From: Geosiphon pyriformis uo1
Taxonomy: Eukaryota > Fungi > Glomeromycota
Assembly (NCBI GenBank): GCA_016748015.1
Contig: JAAOMT010000299.1
Span: 186,001-250,000, forward strand
Length of the DNA: 64,000 nucleotides
Reading direction: 5' to 3'
Position 1 is the stretch's first letter; each line of letters starts with the position of its first letter. This document shows, piece by piece, positions 12,036-24,700 of the stretch. Both the position numbers and the translations under genes were made by a program. A model generated the notes under the pieces. The model made no database searches, was not told the DNA's origin, and worked only from the letters and a program-made list of their open reading frames with translations.

Positions 12036-15000
12036 TTAGATTTGTCTCATTTGCAACAGTCTGTCGGCATTTTCATTGTCTTTTCTCTTTTTATAATGTA
12101 CTGTATAATTGAATAGTGAAAGTTTTATTTTTCATTTGATATGACAATTGTCTGCAAATTCTTATTTCTGGATTGAAGTCAATCTTTTGTGATTAGTGTA
12201 CACATCAAACTTTTGACTCAAGTATTCTTTCTATTTGATGACAGCCCAATAGATAGCTAAGTGTTCTAGAGCTGGAGTTTCATAGTTCTTTTCAGCTGGA
12301 CTTAAGCTTCTACTGGCATAAGCTACTGAATGTTCTCTTTCATCTGGTTTTTTTTGCAATAGTACTGTTTCCAATGCTTGATCTGATGTATTGGTAGTAA
12401 TTATGAATGGTTTGCTGTGATCTGGATACATTAATACTGAAGCTTGAATAAACTTTCTTTTTAATGTGTCAAATGTTTTTTGTTGAGCTTTGGTTTATTC
12501 ATACTTTGCATTCTTGGTTTGTAGATGGTGAAGTGGCTAAACCAGTTTTGAAAAGTGTTTGATAAAATGGCAATAATAGCTTGTGAACCCAAAAATGCTC
12601 TTAGTTCTGTCAAGTTGGTTGGTACTAGAAAGTTTTTAACTACTTTAATCTTGTCTAGATCCATTTTGATTCTATTTTTGCTTACCACATGTCCCAAAAA
12701 TTTGAGTTCAGTTTTTCCAAAGAAACATTTAGTTGCATTTAGTTTCAATTCGGCTCTTCTTAGTCTTTCAAACACTTGTTGGAGATAATGCAAATGATCA
12801 TCAAATGTTCTTGAAAACACATTAGTGTTATCCAAGTATATGACTACTGATTTCCATAGTAATCTAGTATAAACAATTTTCATGAGCTATTGGAATATTG
12901 TTAGAGTGTTTATCAAGCCAAATAACATGACTTCAAACTCAAAATTTCTTTCTTTTGTGGTAAATCCTGTTTTCTCTTTGTCAGCTGAATTCATGGCTAC
13001 TTGCCAATAACCACTATCTAAATCTAGTGTTGAAAATCATTTATTTTCTCCAAAAGTATCAAATAGTTCTTGGATCTTTGGAGTTGAATAGCTATTTCTT
13101 TTGGTTACTCCATTTTGTTTTCAGTAATCCACACAAAAGCAGATTTTTCTATTTTTCTTTCGGACTAATATCACTGGTGATGACCATGAACTCATTGATA
13201 GCTGAATTAGCCTGTTGTCAAGCATTTGGTTAATTTCTTGACAAATGATCTCATGGCTAGCTGGTAGTACTTGGTATGCTCATTGTTTAATTAACATTGC
13301 ATTTCCAGTCTTGATTTGATGCTGGATTATGTTGGTTCTGCCAAATTTGTTTTTGCTGGCAAAAATATCATTGAAATTGTTAAGTAACATCTTAAGTTGC
13401 ATATATTGAAGTGGGTTTAAATTTCTCATGTTTATCTGTTCTAATTGTTCTGGTTGGAGTAGATAACATTCACTTTGTCCGTAAATGGTTTGTGATATGA
13501 TGTCTACATATTCACAAAGTTGTGGAAAATCTGGAATATGATTTGGTGGTTGATCCTCAACTTTGGTGATTAAATATCCAATGATAGTCTTCTTTGGTAT
13601 TTCAATGACTTTTCCCATTGTGTTGTATATGGGAATTTTAATGTTTTTGGGACTTTTGGCTGATATGTAGAGATTAGTGAGTCCAATCTTTTCTGATTCA
13701 CAATTGGTGGCTTCTGCTTCAAACAACTGGGCTTGATTCTTTACCTTTCTTTTTATAGCTAACATATACTAATTATATGGTGAAATAGAAATTGTTTGAC
13801 GGGTTGAGATAATTTCTCTTTTGTCAACAACTTTTTCCTTTGCCATATTAATTAGTATATCTATTCTATTTGTTGATCCAAATCTCTGTATCTCTTTAGC
13901 AATAATTCCTAATTCTTCTCTGTTTCTCACTGACACTAATTGAGCTATTTTCACCAAAGATAGGAATATTGCTTGTGCTATCTTTTCATTTGGCTCTATA
14001 ATATAAGTCTTTTCAGAGTCATTTTGTAGCATAACAATAATATTTCTTATGTATCCTGTGTTAATTATCCTTCCTCTGATGTTGATTCTCTTTTTGGCTA
14101 AGCTACTTCTAGATGCTAACTAAACCATTGTTGTTGCTAGAATTTCCAGTGCTATTTTGAGATCAACACAAATGTGCAAATGTGGTTCCAATTTGATGGG
14201 ATTTTTCTCCGGATATTTCAAATCAAATCCTGCATCAGTATCATACACACATTTAGACATGATACCTTCATTGTTATCACTGAATTATTTTAGTTTCTGC
14301 TTCTTGGTAAGATCAGGAAGTGCTATAAATGTTTTGGGGTTTGAATCGGAGTCTGAACTGTTATTATTTTCATTGTTATTTTGAGTGGAGTTGGAACTGT
14401 TATTTTTATTATTGTTGTTGTCAGAGTTTGAATCGGGATTGAAAATTGATTTTGATTCTAATGTGCAACTGTTGATTGGTTTGTTTTCTTCTAGGATTGT
14501 GTAGATTATGTGTGGTGGTAGATTGTAAATAAGGTCACACTCATTACAATATTGAAAGTCACATGAGATTAAGCAGTGTTGACATAATCAAGTATTCAAC
14601 TGCTTTAAATGCTGCTCTTGTTCTTTCCTAGTGGATGCTAAATGCTGGTAATATTCATGGAATTCTTTTGGATTGTTTTAATGTTGCCAAAAACGTCAAA
14701 AGTTTGGATGTATTTGGGTTTAGGAAGAGACAAAAAGTTGTTTTTAATTTCTAGGAGTTTGCTGATTGTTGTGCCTTCTGTTTTTACATATGCTATTCTC
14801 CATAATTTGTGTTTGTTATGTGGGTATCCTTCCAATCATTGCAATGCTCATTTCTAAGTATTATTGATTGGTGTTTCTTTGCATACTCAGTCATGGATTA
14901 GGATTGTATACTGACACATTTTATTGCATGTTTCTCCTTACCCAGGAATGTCATTCCACATTTCTTTGTCAGGCAAAATAGTTCTACATGTGAGACATGG

Positions 15001-18000
15001 TTTGTTGTCCCATTTTTTTTGTCTTTTTGGGCATCCAAACCATTCTATGATACATGTGTAACAGTAGAATTTGGTTGCTGTTGAGTATTTTTTATCATTG
15101 CCACAACATGCGCCCATTAATGACAATTTCTTGCCACAATCAATGCATATCAGTTTTGGTCGACAATAGGTAGATTGTTGGAGTGTAGTGTAGAAATTAT
15201 AAGTAATGGTGCTGTTGGGTGTTGGTTCTTCCTCCTTCCTTTTTTTTTCCCTTTTATCTTCTTTCCACTCCCAATTTATTAGTTTTTCTTGGTCATTGTC
15301 AATTTTTTAGGCTTGGTTGGTGTTCCAGATAAGTTTTTCTTTCTGCTTTTCTTTGTGGTTATTATTTTAGAATAGTATTGGTGGTAGTTCATTGTGGTCA
15401 CTGTCAGCCCATGACACTTGATAGGCTTCCCAGGTAGGTTTCTCTTTTCCTTTTTCGAATTTGATAAGTGGGACTGATGGCATTGTGCTGGATTTAAAGT
15501 GTTCATACATGGCAGGTACTTGCGTGTATCGACTGTTCTGGCTAAGCTGTAGTTTTTGCATGTTTCAGTCAAGTACTGCATTTGTTTTAACTAGCCAGTC
15601 ATTACTAATTAGTGCTTGGTATTATATAGTCTCCATTACCAAAACTTTGATTGGAGTGATAATACCATTTACTTCAAAAAAAAAATTATCAATCTTGCCG
15701 ATAGGAGTCTTGGTTGCTTCATCAGCCATTATTATCCTAGCACTGGCAGCGTGATCAACTTAGTGACCTAATTGGTCTATGAGTTGTCATGTAATGATGC
15801 TGCTAGCTGATCTACTATCTAAGATCAGTTTGATGGCATGGCCATCAACTTTTGTGTCAGTGTACATGGTGGTGATTAATTTGGTGTCAAGAGTGGCTCC
15901 ACTGAATAATAGGACTGGTGTGATTTCCTCGAGTTTGAATGGAAAGATTGCTGTTAGTAATTTGTTGTTGATGACAGTGGCTAAAGGTATGTTGTTTGTG
16001 GGTGATTGTTTTAGAGTGGTTTCCAGGTTGTTGGGTGAGGCGTCTTCTGGGGTAACCAGAAGACTTAAATAGTGTTGGGAATTTGGGTTTTGTGAGTTTC
16101 TGGTGCTCAAATTCTATTGTCAGAATCCTGATGGTTGTGCTGTGGAACTATGAATTGGTTAATGAACCACCATTAATGATCTCCAGCTCTATTGGGTTAA
16201 TCTCAATTTTTGGGTTCTGTTTTGGGGTAAGTTCTGCAGTAGTGTTTGAATTTGTTGAGACTGATAAATTACCTGAGGCTGCAGTTGATAAATGGGTTGT
16301 GACTGTGGCTGATAAATTGCTGGTATTGTTAGTTGATAAATTGGCATTTCATATACTGGTGGTTGATAAAATGGCTGTTGTGTCATAGATAGGTAATTCT
16401 GATGATATGGCTCTGAGTTTGGTGGATTATTCGGAATTTGAAACTGGTGATTGGGATTTTGATATTGATTTCCTGTTCATTGGTTATTTAAGCAATGACA
16501 GCAGTTAATTTGTAGGTGTTTTTGTTTACTACAATAGTGGCAAACACACATTTCCTGTTGCCATTGTTGATTGGTTGACATTGATAGATGTGACTAATTC
16601 TGAAAGCTATTCATGTTTCCAGAATTATTGCATTATTGTGGTGGCTAATAAATTGTACAATTGTCAGCTAAGTATCTCTCTAATTTCTGATTGATGGAAT
16701 CACTAAATTGTTTCAATTTGGAATCTAATTTAGATGATCCATTTATTACTAAATTAATGGCTTGGACATGGTTAGCTTTGAATTCAGTGGCTTCAAAATC
16801 TCTAGCATTTGTAACTGTGGCTTGAAAGTTTGCTGGATGTATTGAACATATGTGTTGGAGGATACTACTGTGCAGGCCTCTAATGAATTGATTTAGGATT
16901 TGTGGCACTATGAAATAATCAGCCTATATGGCCTGAATTTGACACAGATTTCTGTGAAAGCATTCTAAGTAAGTAGTGACTGCTTCATTTTCTTCTTGCT
17001 TGATGGTAGTGAAAGTGTTGGCTAAGTGATTAATACTGTTATTATTACTGAAATATCTCAGGAATGCAACTTTAAATTTCTGGAATGTCTGAAATTTGAC
17101 AACTAAACTTTGATACTACAAGTTAGTAGTATCCTATAAGAAATAGGAGATGGCTTAGAATGCTCTTGCGTCATTCCATCTGTTGGCTGTGATAGCCTTT
17201 TCAATATTGTTGAGTTATATTTGGGCATTGTTTTCTTTGCCAGTAAATTTCTCAAGTTTTGCTATTGGAGCATAGGCCATTGGATCCAAGTTTGGTTGTT
17301 GAAGTTGTGGTTGTGGCTGTTGAAGTGGCTGCTGTAATTGTTGGGGTGGTTGAAGTGACTGTTGTTGTTGCTGTTTGTCAATTGGTGGAGCTGGTGGTAG
17401 ATTAATCACGATTACTGGAGGTAAGTGTTGTTGATTATTAATGTCAAGGTTTTGATCATTCTGATTGTGCTGTGTTTAAAAGTTTGGAGTTTTGATTTTT
17501 GGGTTTTCAGTGGTCGGATTCTGGTAAGTAAATTCTTGATCTTCAAATTCTTTTTTCTCTTCTTTTTGTTTTTCTTCCGAATCTGTTACTTCCCAAGAAC
17601 TTGTGGTTCCAAAATCTGGTTAAGATAGTAAAGATTGAAGTCTTGATGGTATTGGTGATCATGACTTAAATTCTTTGAAATACACACCATATAATTCTAG
17701 AAAATTTTTTTTCTTTGTTTACTCTGAAATGGGAATCATCCAAATGTTGATGTCATGTGTGATGTAGATGTGCTTATTGATAAGATGTTAATAGTGCTTC
17801 CAGATATATAGTGGTATAATGGATTTGTTGGTAATTCAACTCTGGTTTTCTTTCAAGTGGGTAGTTGTATTTGTTTTGGTGTTACTGCTGGTGTTTGTAG
17901 TTTTCTTTTTCTTTTGTCTGCATAAATGATTGGGAATTGTTGTTGTGTGTATCTTTTAATGATTTGATTAATTTCTCTGATGATTGGTGCAAAACTGTAG

Positions 18001-18230
18001 TTTCTTGGAAAGCTGGTATGTTGAAATAATTTTGTATAGAAGTTTTCTCTTGTGGATTCAATGTCAACTGTTTCTCCTAAGCAGTCTGTAATTTTATTAT
18101 TGACATAGAAGTTAAAGGCTGATTCTGCTGGGAAGTAGTTATTGTTTAGTTCTAATTGTTGGCTATATTGTTGGAACAAGGATTTGGCAAATCCTAAATG
18201 GTTTGCTTCTATGTTTTTCGATTCTGCCAC
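12036..18230 (-). pseudogene. Gypsy A2 Gag-PR-Cys-rich-dUTPase-RT-RNaseH polyprotein, disrupted
   Basis: Gag (MAYAPIAKLEKFTG; QILNQFIRGL); CCHC; PR LILDS; Cys-rich block at ~14530-15160; dUTPase AGFDL...EKIAQAI...FGST; RT VIYLDN; RH VAYASRSLSPAEKNY; stop after MRQI. Confidence 0.88.
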
Positions 18231-18292
18231 TTTTGGATGATTGCTGTTGGTGCTGGTTCTCTGTAAGATTATATCTCACAGAAAGCACCAAA

Positions 18293-19155
18293 TGTTATAG
18301 ATGATTATTTGGGATCTCAAATCAAATAACAAATCTGTAACTTGGTGCTCAATATCTTGATAATGCTAATAATACTGGTATGTTGGTTGTATCTGAAGGT
18401 TTTTGGTTTGAGTTCTTTGTATAATGAACAGAGATTTATTATACTTGGTTTAGGTTGTTTTCTCAAGTTGTTTTCCCAATTTCTGTCTTCAGTGTGGTGG
18501 CCAGTTTAATCTGGCAGTTGTGCTCTTCTGGTAAGCTATCCATTAATATATATAATACTACCCTTATTTCTGGGTCTTTTACCAGGCTATTCATGATATT
18601 AATAACTCAGTGCTTTAATTCTCTTAATCAATTTAGTAAACAACAATAAAATCAAAAGAAAAGAAAATAAAGAAATAAAGAAAATAAAAAAATAAGCCAA
18701 TGCAATTGCAAGTTAGTATTCCATCAATAGCCATGATTAAGAGCTATTGTTCTCATATGGTTAAGTATCAATTACTATCAACATAAAGTGTTGATAGCAG
18801 AGAGTAAATTGAGATAGTGAATAATTATTTATTGATATTTGTGAATTGGAAGATTGTTTAGATAAAATCTAAACTGAGAGATCTGTTTTTTCTATTTCTA
18901 AGGCTACTATTATATATACATAATTTGGGTTCTATAAAATCACTTACATTCTCGAGTAATATGCTATAATTTCTCCAGCAATGCTTACATTGCTGAACAA
19001 TGTGTCATATTTTCTGACATTGCTCCATATTGCTGAGCAATATGTCATGATTTTTGATATTGCTTCATATTGCTGAGCAATATGCTCACATGCTAACTAC
19101 TACTCTCTTATTGGTCTACTATTTTTCTATATCTGTTTTTTTTTTATAAGTAACA
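18293..19155 (-). repeat. 5' LTR of Gypsy A2
   Basis: 863 bp; one extra 40-bp tandem unit relative to the 3' LTR; followed on minus strand by PBS TGGTGCTTTCTGTGAG. Confidence 0.93.
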
Positions 19156-19206
19156 CCACTTTTGAATAGTTGTATGTTGGTGCTGGTTCTTTGTAGGATT
19201 TATATT

Positions 19207-19221
19207 TCACAGAGAGCACCA
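19207..19221 (-). promoter_or_regulatory. Primer-binding site of A1 (TGGTGCTCTCTGTGA)
   Basis: Starts 2 nt after the 5' LTR end; begins TGG, complementary to tRNA CCA. Confidence 0.8.
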
Positions 19222-19223
19222 AA

Positions 19224-20051
19224 TGTTACAGGTAATTATTTGGGATCTTAAAGCAAATAACAAACTCATAATTTGATGCTTAATTGATTTAATGATGTTG
19301 GTTTCTGTCAGCTCTTTGTAATCTAAAAGTTTTGAATTGGAGTTTTTTGTATAATAGACAAAAATTTAAGAGTGTTTTAGTAGCCTCCCAGAATTGCAAT
19401 TTCATCAACTTTTTTTTTTTCTTTGCATAGTGGCCAGTAATCTGGCAGAAATACTCTTTTGATAAGCTATTCTTAAATTCTCAATTCTTATACCCTTTTT
19501 TTGGGATCTTTTATCAGGCTATTCTTGACATTAATAATTTAGTACTTAATTCTCAATCAATTAGTAAACACAACAGAATAAAGAAAAGAAATAAAAGAGA
19601 TAAAAAAATGATAAAAAAAATAAGCCAAAGCAAGATACAAATTAGTATTTCATCAATAGCTGTGATCAAGAGCTATTGTTCTAATGTGTTAAGTATCAAT
19701 TACTATTAACATAAAACATTGATAGTGGAGGGTAGATTTAAGATAGTGAATAATTATTTATTAATATTTGTAATATGGAAAGTTGCTTAGATTAAATCTA
19801 AACTGAGAGGTCTGTTTTTTTCTACTTCTAATGCTATTGTTATATATACATAATTGAGATTTCTCAATTTCTCAATTTTTTGTACCAGGAATCCTGGAAT
19901 TATGGAATCTTGTAATTCCTTGTATAAGAATTCTAAAATTCCTGAAATCCTGCAATTTCTCTGAGAAGAATTCTGAAATTCCACATTTACTATGGCTACT
20001 TCTGATTGGCTAATTTATATGCTAATATACTTCCTATATTCTAAGGTAACA
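19224..20051 (-). repeat. 5' LTR of Gypsy A1
   Basis: TGTTACA at 19224 and GTAACA at 20046-20051; matches 1-806. Confidence 0.92.
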
Positions 20052-21733
20052 CTAATGAAAAGAACAATGCCCAAGTATGGCTCAATAATATGGAAAAAGT
20101 TATTGCAGCCAATAGATAGAACAATGACAGAGCTCTTCAAGCAATCCCTTATTTTCTCTAAGATACTGCCAATTCATGATATCAGAATCTAGCTGTCAAA
20201 CCACAAACTTTCCAAGAATTCAAACTGGAATTCATAAGATATTTCAGTAACAATAATAGCATTAACTGCTTGGCAAATACTTTTATCACCATTAAGAGAA
20301 AAGTAAAGCAGTTACTACATATCTAGAATGCTTCCACAGAAATCTGTACCAAATTTAAGTTATTAACACTAACTATTTTACAGTGACCCAGATTCTAAAT
20401 CAGTTTATTCATGAATTATGCAGTAACATCTTCCAATACATATATCCATTACATCCAGCTAATCTTCAAGCCACTGTTACTGATGCCAAAGACTTTAAAT
20501 CTGCTGAACTCAAAACCAACCATGCCCAAGCCATAAATTTAGTAATGAATGAATCATCTGACTTGAATGCCAAATTGAAACAATTCATTGAATCAATTAA
20601 TCAAAAAATTAAGGAATACTTAGCTAACAATCAGCCAATTTATCAACCTCTATAATGACACAATAATCAGAAAAACTCAAATTGTTCCCAAAATTAATTG
20701 TGCTCATTATTGTTAACCAATCAACAATGGCAGCAGAAAATGCATGTTTGCCATTATTGTGGTAAACAAGAACACTTGCAAATCAACTGCTGTCATTGAT
20801 TAAATAGCCAATGATCAAGAAATCAATATTAAAACTCCAATTGTTGGTTTCAAACTCTGAGATATCAATTCAATTCAGAACTATATTAACTAAATTACCT
20901 ACCAATGACACAGCTGCCAATTTATCAACCACCTATTTATTAGATTTTAGCACTAGTTATTTATCAACCACAGTCACAAGTAATATATCAATCCCAACAA
21001 ATACAAACACTATCACAAATTTCAACTCTGATGTCACTTAGAAGCCAAAGACTAAAAACCATTCAACAAAACTGAAGATCAGTAATGATTGTTTATCAAC
21101 TGATCCCCAGTTTATCCACTCAATAATCAAGATCTTACCAGTGGAGTTTAGGAACTGGGTACATTCAAAATCCGAACTTCCAAAACTATTTAAGTCTTCT
21201 GGTTACTCCAGAAGATGCCTCAACCAATGACTTAGAAACAACTCCAAAGAAATCAATCAACAACAACATACCTCCAGCCACTGTCACCAACAATGAATTG
21301 TTAGCAGCAATTTTTTCTTTTGACTTTGAAACACCAACAACAACACTTTTATTTAGTAAAATCATTCTTAACACCAAACTTATTACTGTAATGTACACTG
21401 ATGCCAAGATTGATAACCACTTTATCAAACTGATCTTAGACAGTGGATCAGCTGACAGCATCATTACAAGACAACTCATGGATCAATTAGGTTGCCAAGT
21501 TGATTGTGCTACCAGTGCCTAAATTATTATAGCTGATGAAGCAACCAAAACTCTTATTGGTAAAATTAACAATTTTTCTTTTAAAGTCAATGGTATTATA
21601 GTTCTTATTAAGGTCTTGATAATAAAAGCAACCCAATATTAAGCACTAGTTGGCAATAACTAGTTGTCCAAAACCAATGCAGTGCTTGATTAAACTACTT
21701 AAGAATTGCAACTCAGCCAAAATAGCCAGCACA
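20052..21733 (+). mobile_element. Gypsy family A copy 3 fragment (gag-CCHC-protease), host of A1
   Basis: NAQVWLNNMEK...QILNQFIHEL...CHYCGKQEHLQINC...LILDSGSA; homologous to A1/A2 but on the plus strand; ends abruptly against the LINE. Confidence 0.85.
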
Positions 21734-24700
21734 ACATTCTAACCACAAGAAAAAATATGATCTAATAACTCCACCTTATCACACAACAAGCATAACACAC
21801 CAGAATAGTCTTTATTATATAATCTCTTTCTAACAACTACTAGCAATTGCCTATGTACTGTTTTTATCAAGTATATATAAAGATTGGACAACTTTCAACT
21901 CATGAAACTAGCAAGCATGTGTGAATTCAAATGCCAGACCTTTACAATAATATTCTAATTAATATCCATAACAAATGAATCAGAAACCACATAACAGCCA
22001 GAACCAGTCTCTCACTGAGCCCAACAAACAGACCTAAAAATATTTCTAATGAAATGGCAAGCATTGTCAGAAATGACAGTGTCTTCAGCCATTAAAAAAT
22101 GTTTATGCATGTCCACTAGCAAATAAAAAGAAGAACCAGTAGTCACATTAGCAGTAGCATTCACTTTATCATTACTATAAACCCCAAAATAACTTTGATC
22201 TTAACTCAACTAACTGTAAAATTTTTATTTCTGATCAAATTAAAAATATGCCTTCTTTCAATTCAGCATTGGTTGTAAAAATCAAGTACAGCCAATGTTA
22301 TCTTCAATACACATGCATTAATAGCAGATTGGCTGTTAAAACATAAAACCAAAGAACAAAAAAACAGCATACACTCCAAAGACAAAGCAATAGCTTGCAA
22401 TTCAGCCATAGTAAAAGAGACAAAGCCATGTACCCCAATACCAATACTCATGTTCAATACCAGGAAATATGTAGCAGCATCACTAACCATAAGCCAGCAT
22501 TCCTCAAAGAACCATCTAAATAAATCTCAAATGAGTCAGACCAAATTTCATGTAAACCATCTTACATCTTGTCAAACTTTTTGGAATTCAAAATACTTAA
22601 CCTAATTGGTTAAAAAGAAACAGGCAAAACCAGTGACAAAAAGCCAATACTGTGCAGAAATCTTGACATAACATCAAACCAGTAAGAAACAGAGCCTCTA
22701 AAATTCAATTTCTTCTACTGACAGAAGGTCTTTCAATCCATAACATGGTCTTTCTTATCAAACAGCCTATTAACAAAAGCAATTCCAAAATGCTTCAAAG
22801 AACAAACTGAACTGAGATACAAAGCTTTCCCAAGAATAGAAGACATAGAGAAAGCACCAGGACAACAAAAAACATTGGGCAAATTGTTTGTCAAAGACAG
22901 CTTATTACTCAAAAAAATCTTAACTACACCAGCCAAAAAATTGTTTACAGAACTGACTAACAACCTAACAGGGAACTGCAAAGAATTTAGAGAAGCCCAC
23001 TCCAAAACCTGCAGATCCAAGAACCTATAATGAAATAACTAACTAATAATGCCAGAAGCATTGAAAAAAGATACCACAGAAGCCAATTTACCCTCAGATT
23101 GCACTTGCTCAAAAGACTTTAGATTATACAATAATGGGTGGTGCAGAGCCACATTAGGAAAATTACATGGCAGACATGCTTTATATTTGAGACTTTTTCT
23201 GACCATAACATCTCACTTGCAACATACACTTGATAATATAAAACTAAACTGGGTTCTGTAACTAACAATGGGCTGCAAAATGGCTAACACTAAATAAGAA
23301 AATTGTTTGTTTGTAATAGTCTTTCTGAGCACCATGTTCACAAAAAAACGAACATCTAAATAAGTTTTGGCCACATTTGGCTTAGACAATTCCTTAGTTG
23401 ACAAAAAAATTTCCAGATATTTGTGTGCCTTACTCTACTTGGCTATTAATATAGGCTGGCCACTAATACTTAATGCAGCAACCTTAACACTCTAATTAAT
23501 AGGAATAGCCACTGTCTTATAAATATTAATAAAAATATCATTGATCAAAAAAAACTCACTAACAATGTTCAGAGCACACTACATTGAAGCCAAACAATTA
23601 CTAATCTATATTGTATCATCCATAAATGCACCAGCCACAAAAAATGAAAACAAATTACCACTATTCTTAATCCTGCCAGTTTTTACCACAAATTTAGTGT
23701 CAATTTGATAACTACACAAATGTTTATGTCACTTGACTTCACACAAGAGTAGATCATAAAAGATTTTCTAAAGAAGAGGAAAGAAAACTTCACTTTGATC
23801 CAAACCATCATGTACTTTATAGTTCTCTGACAGGCCGAAATTGGTCATAATTCTATTAATTTTATCATTATGTATGCTACCAAAAAATTTAATAAACCTA
23901 TCACACATTTTGATTTGCCTCAAGCTAGTTTCCAAATGATGCCAACCAACTGAGTCATACACTTTATGCATGTTTTACAAAACTAACCAAAGTTCCTGAC
24001 TCTTTTCTAATGTGTCTTTGATTATTAAACCAACTGCAAATATAGGAGACTAAGTAGTTATTCCCTTTAGAACAGAAAAATTATTACCATAAAGAACACC
24101 AAACTTGCTACACATCAACAAAATCCTATTGGAAAGAACCTTAGAAAAAATTTTCCTGGCAGTCTCAATAAGCACAATAAACTAAGTTTTTATAAGAACT
24201 TTTTTTTAGTTATAGAGTTTAGGAATTATTAAAATTTATGCTCTCTTCCACAAAACAGGAACATCTTCAACTACTAAGCACATATTTAACAGTTCCAAAA
24301 GACATTTTAACATCTTTCTACTATCATGTTTCCACAGTTTATTAGAAATGCCAAACAAGTCAGCAGCCTTGCCATCAGGTAAATTATCAACAACTACAAG
24401 CAACTCACCTATACTGATCACACACATCACATCAGAAAAGATTTCATTTTTAACATAATCCAATAGTGTATATTGGTGGACTCACAAATCAAACACCACT
24501 GAAAGCACACTCTATTTTCTTGTTCAACTCTTCATAATTTTATCAACACTGAGCTTCATCTCTTCTGGTTTCAAACTCAACTTATCACCTATTACTAAGT
24601 AATTCAGAACCATCTTGTAAAAAAGTCGATCCAAAACACTCCTAATTATACTATCTTTATTAAAGCAAAACTTTTTTATATGCCTTTCTATCACTTTTTT

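Larger units (their letters stand above)
9094..19155 (-). mobile_element. Ty3/Gypsy LTR retrotransposon, family A copy 2 (full length, decayed), nested in A1
   Basis: LTRs at 9094-9916 and 18293-19155 with TGTTA...GTAACA ends; 4-bp TSD CTAC (9090-9093)/CCAC (19156-19159); PBS at 18275-18290; PPT at 9920-9932. Confidence 0.95.
1..20051 (-). mobile_element. Ty3/Gypsy LTR retrotransposon, family A copy 1 (decayed; interrupted by copy A2 at 9094-19155; 3' LTR runs off the window start)
   Basis: Matching LTRs at <1-806 and 19224-20051; PPT at 810-821; PBS at 19207-19221; gag, PR, dUTPase, RT (YLDN), RH and IN remnants with many stops. Confidence 0.92.
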
